Assembly: GCA_965214565.1 (NCBI GenBank) | Contig: OZ243951.1 | Location: 321,017 to 385,016 of the forward strand | Source: Candidatus Aldehydirespiratoraceae bacterium | GTDB lineage: Bacteria; Actinomycetota; Acidimicrobiia; Acidimicrobiales; Aldehydirespiratoraceae | Direction of reading: 5' to 3' | DNA length: 64,000 nucleotides | Shown: positions 35,242 through 44,233 of the stretch, piece by piece | How the letters are laid out: every line of letters starts with the position of its first letter | How positions within the stretch are numbered: the first letter of the stretch is position 1 | Translations under genes and position numbers: made by a program | The notes under the pieces: generated by a model | Database searches by the model: none | Told to the model about the DNA's origin: nothing | The model's input: the letters and a program-made list of their open reading frames with translations, nothing else

Positions 35242-37704
35242 CTACTGTTTGGGGCGTTGGTTCTGGGGATCGAACCAGCTGCGGATCGAAGTGCTCACCG
35301 GTACCCGACGTCCGGCGATGTTGGTCTCCCATGCACCGCTGTCGAGCCAGTCCTTGGTGACGGCTTCTCTGTGCTCGACGTACCCCATGGCGCAGCAACG
35401 GTTCTGGGTGGCGCTCCACATCGATGACGATATTCGGCCCACGACGACACCGTCGCGATAGAGCGGCTCGTCGTGGTAGGTCAGCAGGTCCGGGTCTTCG
35501 ATGCGCAACTGAATGAGCCGTTTTGTGCGCGGTTGTCGACGCTGTGCCTCCAGCGCGCTGCGTCCGTTGAAGTCGACCGGCTTGTCCCAGGCGATCGTGA
35601 ATCCGAGTCCGGCTTCCAGCGGCGTGTCCTCGTCGGTGATGTCGTGGCCCCAGTGCCGCATCCCGGCCTCCATCCGCAGCGAGTTCATGGCGTGGTATCC
35701 GGCATGGACCAGCCCGTGGGACTTGCCCGCCTCGGTCAGCACGTCGTAGACGCTGACCGCGTCGGCGTTGGCGACGTACAGTTCCCAGCCCAGATCTCCG
35801 ACGTAGCTCATCCGCAGGGCGAACACGTCGACGCCGCCGAGCTCGATGCTGCGCCCGGTTCCGAACTCGAAGCCGGCGTTCGAGAGGTCGGCGTCGGTCA
35901 ACGCCGACAGCACGGTCCGGCTCTCAGGGCCCATCAGGCCGATCATCGCCTGGTCATGGGTCACGTTGGTGAGCGTTACCTGCCTGTCTCGGCAGGCCCG
36001 CCGCAACCAGGCCCAGTCCCGGGTCTCCGCAGCGGCTGCGGTGACTACGAAGAACTCGTCGTCGCCGATGCGGTTCACGGTCAGGTCTGCTTCTATTCCG
36101 CCAGCCTTGTTGCACCATTGCGTGTAGACCGCCTTTCCGATCGGCGCATCGATGTCAGCGACGCTCAGAACGTCGAGTACGGCCAGAGCATCGGGGCCTT
36201 CGACTGTGAACTTGGCGAACGACGTCTGGTCGAACAGTCCGACGGACTCCCTGACTCCGAGGCATTCCTGCACCATGTTGTCGTGCCAGTTCTGTTTGCC
36301 GTAGGAGTACTCGTATTCGCGGGCCTGCCCATCGCGGGCGTACCAGTTGGGCCGTTCCCAGCCTGCTGTCTCTCCGAACACGGCCCCCGCCGCCGAGATG
36401 CGTTCGTGCAGCGGCGACAGCCGCCGGCCCCGGGCGCTCTCATACTGCCGGAACGGCCAGTGCATGGCGTAGAGCAGGCCGAGGCTCTCCGAGATTCTGT
36501 CTTTGAGATACCCGGTGTCTGCCTGGAACGGCTGCGCACGGCGGATGTCGACCGAGTTGAGGTCCATCGGAGAGCGCCGGTCTGCTATCCAGTCGGCCAA
36601 TGCCCATCCGACACCTCCTGCTGACTGGATGCCTACAGAGTTGAACCCGGCGGCTACGAAACACCCGTCGACTTCGGGCGCCTCGCCCATGTAGTACACG
36701 CCGTCGGGTGTGAAGGACTCAGGCCCGTTGAAGAACAACTGGAGTCCGCACTCGCCCAGCGCGGGCACACGATGAACGGCGCGTTCAAAGATCGGCCCGA
36801 GGTGTTCCCAGTCCTCGTCGAGGGTCCCGAACGAGAAGTCGCGCGGGATCTCTTCGGTGCGCCAGACCTTGCCGCGGGGTTCGAAGAATCCGGCCATGAG
36901 CTTGCCGGTCTCCTCTTTGAAGTAGGTGTAGTTGCCGGGGTCGCGCAGGGTCGGCGTGCTGATCTCCATGCCTTCGAGAGGTTCAGTGACGATGTAGAAG
37001 TGCTCGCACGCCTGGAGCGGAACGTTGACCCCGATCTGGGCGGCGAGGTGGCGGGTCCACATTCCGGTGGCGAGGACGACGGTTTCGGTCTCGATCTCAC
37101 CCTGTTCGGTGACGACGCCCGTGATTCTGCCGTTGGCCACCTTCAACTGGGTGACCGAGACGCCCTCGACGACCCTGGCCCCGCGGCTCTTGGCGCCTTT
37201 GGCCAGCGCCATGGTGGTGTCCACCGGTGAGGTTTGTCCGTCGCGGGGGATGTAAAGCGCCCCGACGAGGTCGTCGGTGCGCATCAACGGCCAGCGCTGC
37301 GTCGCTTCGTCGAGGTCGATCACTCGCGTCTCGACACCGACTCCCTCGGCCATCGTGGCGCCGCGCAGGATCTCTTCCCAGCGTTGTTCGTTGTCGGCGA
37401 CCGAGATGGATCCGGGGGTTCGGTAGCCGGTCGCCTGCCCGGTCTCGTCTTCGAGTTCCTCGAAGAGGCGCGCCGAGTAGGTCGCCAGCCTGGTCAACGA
37501 GTGAGTCGACTTGAGTTGGGACACCAGTCCCGCGGCATGCCAGGTGGTCCCGCAGGTGAGGGTGCCCTGTTCCAGCAGCACCACATCGCTGATGTCTCGG
37601 CGGGTCAGATGGTAGGCAACGGAGCACCCGACGATGCCCCCGCCGATCACAACGACTTCAGCCCGGTCCGGGAGCGCCGGACCCGAACGCACCGAACGAG
37701 CCAT
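35242..37704 (-). CDS. dimethylglycine/sarcosine dehydrogenase family protein, paralogue 2
   Basis: VVIGGGIVGCS, GTTWHAAG, C-terminal GCV_T domain. The ATG at 37704 is preferred over the TTG at 37713. Confidence 0.9.
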   Translation of the reverse strand: MARSVRSGPALPDRAEVVVIGGGIVGCSVAYHLTRRDISDVVLLEQGTLTCGTTWHAAGLVSQLKSTHSLTRLATYSARLFEELEDETGQATGYRTPGSISVADNEQRWEEILRGATMAEGVGVETRVIDLDEATQRWPLMRTDDLVGALYIPRDGQTSPVDTTMALAKGAKSRGARVVEGVSVTQLKVANGRITGVVTEQGEIETETVVLATGMWTRHLAAQIGVNVPLQACEHFYIVTEPLEGMEISTPTLRDPGNYTYFKEETGKLMAGFFEPRGKVWRTEEIPRDFSFGTLDEDWEHLGPIFERAVHRVPALGECGLQLFFNGPESFTPDGVYYMGEAPEVDGCFVAAGFNSVGIQSAGGVGWALADWIADRRSPMDLNSVDIRRAQPFQADTGYLKDRISESLGLLYAMHWPFRQYESARGRRLSPLHERISAAGAVFGETAGWERPNWYARDGQAREYEYSYGKQNWHDNMVQECLGVRESVGLFDQTSFAKFTVEGPDALAVLDVLSVADIDAPIGKAVYTQWCNKAGGIEADLTVNRIGDDEFFVVTAAAAETRDWAWLRRACRDRQVTLTNVTHDQAMIGLMGPESRTVLSALTDADLSNAGFEFGTGRSIELGGVDVFALRMSYVGDLGWELYVANADAVSVYDVLTEAGKSHGLVHAGYHAMNSLRMEAGMRHWGHDITDEDTPLEAGLGFTIAWDKPVDFNGRSALEAQRRQPRTKRLIQLRIEDPDLLTYHDEPLYRDGVVVGRISSSMWSATQNRCCAMGYVEHREAVTKDWLDSGAWETNIAGRRVPVSTSIRSWFDPQNQRPKQ

Positions 37705-37774
37705 GAGCCCCAAACACTAACGAATTCAGACCGCGCAAGCGCGTCGATGTGGCCGAGTATTTCTTGAGTTTTTT

Positions 37775-37863
37775 CCGCGCTTGTTCGCTGCGTTGGACGC
37801 CGCGCGGGCCACGGCCTCGTTCGGTCGCATCCGTGTGCGGGATCAATCGACTCGGCCTTTGAG
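37775..37863 (-). repeat. dispersed ~90-bp repeat, copy A (inverted relative to copy B at 53941-54033)
   Basis: The reverse complement aligns with 53941-54033. Shared blocks: aggccgag, tgatcccgcacacg, gcgaccga, cgaggccg, ggcccg, gcagcgaacaag. Confidence 0.8.
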
Positions 37864-37901
37864 CGGGTCGCCGGGTTTGGCGGGAGGTGAGCCCTGCCTT
37901 A

Positions 37902-38165
37902 TCAGGTGACGGCGGTGTCGTGGAGGCGGGCGATTATGTCGAAGAATTCGTCAGCGTCGTCGGGCAGGATGGCTTCGGGTCCTTCGGGGGCGACGGCGGT
38001 GAAGGGTGAGTCGTAGATTCGGCTGGTTTTGATGGTGCCGTGCTCGGCGAGGTAGTCGATCACCATCTCGACGAATCGGATCTGGTTGACGCTGTAGCCC
38101 GCGCGCTTTACCCGGCCATGTGACCATCCGGGAGAAGTAGGTACCTCGGCTGTTGCCCGGGAACC
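37902..38165 (-). pseudogene. type I restriction enzyme R subunit (HsdR) C-terminal remnant
   Basis: Open 87-codon frame with no start context ends ...AGYSVNQIRFVEMVIDYLAEHGTIKTSRIYDSPFTAVAPEGPEAILPDDADEFFDIIARL. This is the EcoEI_R_C-type C-terminal domain pattern. The helicase body is absent. Confidence 0.6.
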
Positions 38166-38214
38166 TCAACAGCATGGGCAGCATGCGTGCGGCGACGCCG
38201 GGGCGGGCGCCGGT

Positions 38215-39451
38215 CTAGGGTGAGGTTTTGTGAGCTGGCAAGGGGGGCGGGGCTTCGGATGGGGCCTGCTGGGTGCTGTGGTAACGGGCTGTTCGACGAT
38301 TGCCGGTCATTGCAAGTGTTCCGTCTTTGGCCATGCCGCGCAGCCGTTGTGATGCCTGGTCGGGCGTGATCTGACACAGCTCGGCTGCTTCGGCGCGTCC
38401 GATCGAGCTGTGTTGCATGACGTAGGTGAGGATCATCTGTTCCTGCTGAATGGGGTCGAAGCCGCGGGCGCGAACGTAGGCCGAAGATTCGCCGATTTCT
38501 CTGTACAACGCGGCTGCCAAGTGATACGTGCGCCCTCTCCCCTCGCCGCTGGATTCCAACAGCCCACGCTCTACCAGCGAGTTGAGGACTGATCGCGCGC
38601 CTTCGGTACCGACTTGCAGTAGTTCACCGGCGCGCGCCGATGTGACACGACTCTCGGCTCTCACCTCCTGGAGGACCTGCAGAGTCTGGTGTTCGAGGGG
38701 TCGTCCTTCACGGGCTCAAGCAGCGGCGAACGCCGCGAGTTCACGGTCAGCGGGTTCCGCAGGTAGACGAACCTCGACCCACGCCTGCGAAGATCGAGAA
38801 TAGTCGGGTCGGGGACGCCCGATAACGAGTTGGTTCCGGTAGACACGGTTGACGCCGGTTTGCCCGGACGGCGTCGCTTTCGTCCAGCGCCTGGAATACG
38901 ACGGAATGCGTTGGCACGAACGTTTGCAACACCTCAGGTGTCCCGAACAGCAACGCGGCACCGAGCGTCAGAGAACCGTCGACTGACCGGAAGCCGAGCG
39001 CAGACAACAGGTCGAGATCGGAGAGCCCCGCAAGATGTCCGTCGCCGCCGCCTCCCGCGAGGCGTCGGAACCGGTCGAACTCAGTGGGATCCAGATCGGC
39101 GATAGAGAGTTCGGTCAGCGGAGCCACAGACAAGTCCCGTCCACCGAGGAGGGTTGTTCTCGCTTGGGCCTCGTGGGGCAGCAGCGGCAGACACTGCGGG
39201 CTCCCGTCCACGCCGATCGCCCGCCGCACGTAACGTCCAGCAGTGGTCGCAACGAGGGTTCGTGCCTTCGGCACCGTGACGATCACCACATCAACGCCTC
39301 CAAACCGTTTGATTGCGACTTCGACTGTCAAAGCGGGCGATGTCTTGTTGGCCGCAAAGTATTGTAATGGGCGCGTACGGGAAGTATCGCGGTCATCCTT
39401 CACGGCGGCTGGGTTCATGGGAGGGCAGACTCTTGCCGTAGAATCGGTCAA
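38215..39451 (-). pseudogene. AlbA_2 (Schlafen-like) / HATPase_c_4 / wHTH ATP-binding protein, 5'-truncated and frameshifted
   Basis: ORF 38747-39451 carries the distal AlbA_2 region (VVIVTVPKA...GRYVRR...DLDLLSALGF...TLGAALLFG). ORF 38215-38664 carries the C-terminal wHTH repeats. The middle is split across frames and the N-terminus is missing. Confidence 0.6.
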
Positions 39452-40647
39452 TGAGTGAAACCGAGCAGAGCCGACAAGTCGATCCGGAGAGTACCGCGGA
39501 CCGGGAGCCTGAGGTCTCTTCGGACCTTAACAGCGCGCCGAAGTTCCACACTGACCGCAGCCATTACGGTGGAGCGCTCGAGCAGTGGATCACCAGGCGC
39601 TACCCGAACCGGACCGACGCCGCCGTCACCAACATAGACATCCCGGTGTCCACCGGCTTCTCCAACGAGACGGTGTTCTTCGACGCCTCTTGGACCGAGG
39701 ACGGTACCGAGCGCTCGGACCGGTTCGTGGCCCGCATCGAACCCGCGGGAGGTGCTCTGTTCCCTACTCAGAGCATCCACTGCGGCACCTCAGTCGAGGT
39801 TCAGTACCGGGCGATGGAGGCGGTCGGGCGCCACTGCGACGCCCCAGTGCCCGAACTGCTCGGCTACGAGTCGGACCCGGCAGTCATCGGCCAACCCTTC
39901 TTCGTGATGGGATACACCGAGGGCCGGGTGCCCGCTGATCGGCCACGCTACTCCGAGGAGGGATTCCTGGTCGACGAGGCGACACCGGCCGAGCGCCGTC
40001 GCATGGTCGCCACCGGTCTGGAGGCGATGGCGCAGATCCACTCGATCGACTGGCGCTCCGCCGGCCTGGACTGGCTCGACACCAGCGGGACGAGACAGCC
40101 CAGCACCCGTGTGCAACTCGACCTCTACCGGGATTCGACAACCCGGGAGCTGGCCGGTCGGGAACATCCCGTGCTCTCAGCGGCATTCGACTGGCTGATC
40201 GCCAATGATCCCGGCGACGACCGGATCGGCCTGTCGTGGGGCGACAGCCGTCTGGGCAACATCCTGTGGCAGGACTATCGCCCCGCAGCCGTGCTCGACT
40301 GGGAAGCGTGCGCCCTGTCGCCGACCGAGGCCGACGTCGGCTGGTGGCTGATGTTCGACCGGATGTCGTTCGACGATGTGGGGGCGGCCCGGATGGAGGG
40401 GTTCCCCACCCGGTCCGAGATGATCAGCCTCTACGAGCAGGCCTCCGGCCGCGAGGTTCGCGCGCCGCACTACTGGGAAGTCTTCGGCGCGATGCGTTTC
40501 TGCGCGATCTTCATCGGTCTCGGCGACCGAATGACCAACACTGGCCTGATTCCCGAGGAATTGAATCCGGCAGTACACAACATGGTGACCCAGGCCGTGG
40601 CCGACCTGCTCGGTATCGACAACCCGACACCGTCAACAATCGGTTGA
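39451..40647 (+). CDS. phosphotransferase (APH/choline-kinase-like) family protein
   Basis: Kinase-like fold with catalytic-loop GLSWGDSRLGNILW and LDWE motif. Resembles the kinase-like proteins often paired with acyl-CoA dehydrogenases. Confidence 0.8.
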   Translation: MSETEQSRQVDPESTADREPEVSSDLNSAPKFHTDRSHYGGALEQWITRRYPNRTDAAVTNIDIPVSTGFSNETVFFDASWTEDGTERSDRFVARIEPAGGALFPTQSIHCGTSVEVQYRAMEAVGRHCDAPVPELLGYESDPAVIGQPFFVMGYTEGRVPADRPRYSEEGFLVDEATPAERRRMVATGLEAMAQIHSIDWRSAGLDWLDTSGTRQPSTRVQLDLYRDSTTRELAGREHPVLSAAFDWLIANDPGDDRIGLSWGDSRLGNILWQDYRPAAVLDWEACALSPTEADVGWWLMFDRMSFDDVGAARMEGFPTRSEMISLYEQASGREVRAPHYWEVFGAMRFCAIFIGLGDRMTNTGLIPEELNPAVHNMVTQAVADLLGIDNPTPSTIG

Positions 40648-40656
40648 CGGTCGGCT

Positions 40657-43600
40657 TCAGGCGACGTTGACCGCGGCGGTCGCAGCCTTCTCGCTGACGA
40701 CGGTGCTCGACCCGCCGGGTTTCATCGAGACGCCGTAAAGGCAGTCAGCGATCTCCATCGTCCGTTTCTGGTGGCTTACCAGCACAAGCTGCGCGTCGGC
40801 TCGGAACTCGTCGACAAGGTTGAGGAACCGGTGCAGGTTGACGTCGTCGAGCGCCACCTCAACTTCGTCGAGGACATAGAAAGGTGAGGGGCGGCTCATG
40901 AACACCGCGAATAGGAACGCCAACGCGGTGAGCGTCCGCTCCCCGCCCGACAGCAGCGACAGCTTGCGAACGTTCTTGCCACCCGGTTTGGCGGCAACAT
41001 CGATCCCGGTGTTGAGCAGATCGTCGGGTGTGCTCAGTCGGATTGATCCCTGACCACCCGGAAACAGCGTCTCGAACAGTTTCTCGAAATTGGTGGAGAC
41101 GTCTGCGAACGCGCTCGCGAAGATCGTCACAATATCGTCGTCGATCGAAGCGATGACCTTGGTCAGTTCACGTCGGGTGGTAGAGATGTCTGCCAGTTGG
41201 GCCTGCAGGAACTCGTGGCGCTCGGAAAGCTCACGGCATTCCTCGGCAGCCAGCGGGTTGATCGGGCCCATGATCTCGAGTTCGCTCTGCAACTGCTCAA
41301 TTCGACTTGCCGAGTCGATTCCGTCGTCAAGCCGAGGACACGGGGCCGACACGGCCACATCAGGCGCCACCTTGTGTTCAGCACGCAGCGACTCAACGAC
41401 GGTCTGGAGCCTGGTTCGCAGTTCTGCCCGTTCGATCGCGGCGGCGGCCGCTCGTTCGCGCAGACTCTCGAACCGTTGGTTGAGGGCAGCCCGCTCACTG
41501 CGCAGATCGCTGAGGCGTCCCACGAGTCGACGCGCTGTATCGGACTGCTGTTCGTGTGCCGTGCGCGCCTCACTCAGACGGGCGTCGATGACCCCTTGCC
41601 ATGCCTGCAGCCCGGTGGCCAGCTTGTCGAGAACCGCGGCCCGACGGTCAAGGAATTCTCGCTGTTGACCAGCGCTGGACCGCTCCATCATGTCGCGTTC
41701 GAGTCGGGCTTCGATCTCCGCAATGCGGGTCCGCAGGCCGTTCTCCCGCTCATTGATAGCGGCGGCGCGAAGTTCCACATCGGTGCGCGACGCAACGGCT
41801 TCGTTGACACGTGACTCCAGTTCGGCGCGTGTCACAGCGATGCGGTGGGTCTCTTCGCGCTGTTCGGATTCGGTCGCCTCGAGCAGGTCTAGTGCGCTCT
41901 CGACTTCGACGACGCGGCGGCGATCGTGCTCCAGGCGGCTGAGAAGTTCATCGAAACCGCTGCGAAGCGTCTCGAATTCGGTGGCAGAGTCGCGGCGATC
42001 AGCCTCGAGCCGCTGATACACCTGCGTCGCACTCTGGAGTGCAGAATCGAGTTCGGCGACCCGCGCCGCGCCCTGGTTTGCGGCCTCGGCTCGGGCGGCC
42101 ATCTCGGAGCGGGCCTCGGCTACTCGGCCGGCGGCCTTCTGGCAGTCAACGCCTGCGACGACCACCTGTTCGCTTGCTTCGGTCAGTGCCGCGGCGGTCG
42201 CGCCGGACCCGCTGCCGCCAAGACGCCAGCCGTCGGGACCGATGAACTCTCCTGTCAGCGTGACGAACGAACCCATAGGGTCGTCCAGCGCCCGGTCCAC
42301 GGCGACTTGCCAGTCGCCCTCAATTGTCTCGACGTCGCCGATCAGCACGTCGAGCAGTGCATCAACACCTCTCTTGGTGCCTCGAACATGATCCCGAAGC
42401 AGGTTGCCGACCGTTTCGGGGCTTGACAACCGCCGGCTACGCAACCCCCAGCGCATACTCCCCGCGCCGCTCTGATCACCCGAGGATCCCCGGGCAGGCA
42501 GGGTCCCGAGGGCCAACACCGCTCCGGCCGACCCGCTGGAGCGCAACGCCTCGAAAGCGGCACGGGCCGCGGTGGGGTCACGCACGATCACAGCATTGAG
42601 CCCCGCCCCGACAGCGGACTCGAAAGCGGTCTCGTAGCCCGCGTCGACCTCCACAATGTCGCGCAGTGTGCCGAGTACACCCTTGACGTGCGCTACCCGA
42701 TCCGCCCCGGCCCTAGAGCGGGCTTCGCGCAGCGCCAAGGTCAGCGCATCGGCCCGAGCCAGCCATCGTTGTTGAGTCGCTTCAGCTTCGCCACAGGAGG
42801 CGATTTCGGTGTCGAGCGCTTCTTGCGCGGCGGTTCGGGCTTGCTCGGCCTCGGCCAATTCAGCAGAATCGCGAGCGTGCTGGGCGCCGACGGCCTCGAG
42901 TTCGGTTCGTTGTTCGGCGATGCGTGACTCGAGCGTGGTGTGCTGCTGTTCGAGTTGGCCCAGACGGGCCCGGGCACGTTCCTCTTCCCGGGTCCCTGTC
43001 TCGATAGCCCCTCGAAGTGCCACAAGCTCACCGCGGGCTTCGGCAGCCCCGTTGCCGGACGCTGAGGAAGCTTGCGCTGCTTGTTCGTCGAGCGCCGCAC
43101 GATCGCCTGCGAGTTGTTTCTCGTTGGCTTTCCGGGTGACCAGATCGTCTCGGAGGGCTGCTGCGGTGGTCTCAGCTTCGGCGAGGGCGAGCCGTAGGCG
43201 AGTCGCCTCCGCCTCGAGGTTGGCGATGACGCCCCGGTCAGTGAACGCGGATCGGTCCCGGTCGATGCCGCGGCGACGTTCGCCGACTACCGCGGCCAGC
43301 CCCCTGGCACGTTCACGGGTGGACTCCAGCCGTCGGAGGGTCTCACCGAGGTCGTCTTCGGAGCTCTCGGAGAGCCGGCTCTCGGCAGCTGAGATTCTGT
43401 CGTCGAGGTCTGCCAGTTCTGCCTTTACGGACTGTTCTTGGAGATGGACCGGTTGTTCGGAGATGGCTTGAAGCTGCTCGCGTAACTCAACGATCTGTCT
43501 TCCCTTGAGGTAAAGGCGATGGGCTGCGAGTTCCTCCACGAGGTCGCCGTGGAGGCGTGCCGCCTCAGCTTGCCTCTCGAGCGGGCGCAACTGGCGCCTC

Positions 43601-44202
43601 ACCTCCCGGATGATGTCCTTCACCCTGGTGAGGTCGCTGTCTGAGGTCGCTAGCCGGCGCTCTGCGCGCTCCTTGCGTTTGCGGTACTTCAGGACTCCTG
43701 CGGCTTCCTCGATGATCGCTCGCCGGTCCTGGGGGCGAGAGGTCAGGACCGCGTCGATCTGTCCCTGGGAGACGATCACATGCTGCTGCCGTCCGACTCC
43801 GCCGTCGCTCAACAACTCCGACACGTCGATGAGTCTGCACGGGACGCCGTTGATGGCGTACTCGGACTCTCCGCTCCGGAAAAGTGTGCGACTGATCCTC
43901 ACCTCGTTGAAGTCGATCGGCAGCGTGCCCGATTGGTTGTCGATCGTCAAGGAGACCTCGGCTCGGCCCAGGGCCGGTTTCTCGCTGGTACCGGCAAAGA
44001 TCACGTCGTCCATCTTGGAGGATCGCAGGGCGTTGGGCGCCTGTGACCCGAGCACCCAGGCCATGGCGTCGACGACGTTGGACTTTCCGCTGCCGTTGGG
44101 TCCGACGATTACGTTGACACCCGGTTCAAGATCTATCGAGGTCGCGTCGGCGAACGACTTGAATCCTTTCAACGCGAGGTTCTTGAGATACATCGGATTC
44201 AA
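40657..44202 (-). CDS. smc: chromosome segregation protein SMC
   Basis: Walker A GPNGSGKSN, long coiled coils, hinge, C-terminal LSGGE signature and Walker B FYVLDEVE; 1181 aa. Confidence 0.96.
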   Translation of the reverse strand: MNPMYLKNLALKGFKSFADATSIDLEPGVNVIVGPNGSGKSNVVDAMAWVLGSQAPNALRSSKMDDVIFAGTSEKPALGRAEVSLTIDNQSGTLPIDFNEVRISRTLFRSGESEYAINGVPCRLIDVSELLSDGGVGRQQHVIVSQGQIDAVLTSRPQDRRAIIEEAAGVLKYRKRKERAERRLATSDSDLTRVKDIIREVRRQLRPLERQAEAARLHGDLVEELAAHRLYLKGRQIVELREQLQAISEQPVHLQEQSVKAELADLDDRISAAESRLSESSEDDLGETLRRLESTRERARGLAAVVGERRRGIDRDRSAFTDRGVIANLEAEATRLRLALAEAETTAAALRDDLVTRKANEKQLAGDRAALDEQAAQASSASGNGAAEARGELVALRGAIETGTREEERARARLGQLEQQHTTLESRIAEQRTELEAVGAQHARDSAELAEAEQARTAAQEALDTEIASCGEAEATQQRWLARADALTLALREARSRAGADRVAHVKGVLGTLRDIVEVDAGYETAFESAVGAGLNAVIVRDPTAARAAFEALRSSGSAGAVLALGTLPARGSSGDQSGAGSMRWGLRSRRLSSPETVGNLLRDHVRGTKRGVDALLDVLIGDVETIEGDWQVAVDRALDDPMGSFVTLTGEFIGPDGWRLGGSGSGATAAALTEASEQVVVAGVDCQKAAGRVAEARSEMAARAEAANQGAARVAELDSALQSATQVYQRLEADRRDSATEFETLRSGFDELLSRLEHDRRRVVEVESALDLLEATESEQREETHRIAVTRAELESRVNEAVASRTDVELRAAAINERENGLRTRIAEIEARLERDMMERSSAGQQREFLDRRAAVLDKLATGLQAWQGVIDARLSEARTAHEQQSDTARRLVGRLSDLRSERAALNQRFESLRERAAAAAIERAELRTRLQTVVESLRAEHKVAPDVAVSAPCPRLDDGIDSASRIEQLQSELEIMGPINPLAAEECRELSERHEFLQAQLADISTTRRELTKVIASIDDDIVTIFASAFADVSTNFEKLFETLFPGGQGSIRLSTPDDLLNTGIDVAAKPGGKNVRKLSLLSGGERTLTALAFLFAVFMSRPSPFYVLDEVEVALDDVNLHRFLNLVDEFRADAQLVLVSHQKRTMEIADCLYGVSMKPGGSSTVVSEKAATAAVNVA

Positions 44203-44233
44203 ATGTACCAGCCCAAATTACACTGATGAGACT

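Noticed and set aside
37658-37846. Paired small ORFs starting MIPHT..ATERGRGP (also 53960..54142) as a conserved peptide gene
   Set aside because: Similarity is at the DNA level and the frames diverge after about 15 codons because of indels. It is better explained as a non-coding dispersed repeat.
39451-40647. Aminoglycoside resistance gene
   Set aside because: The APH-like fold is shared by many metabolic kinases. The sequence context and motifs fit the generic phosphotransferase family, and nothing specific supports a resistance function.
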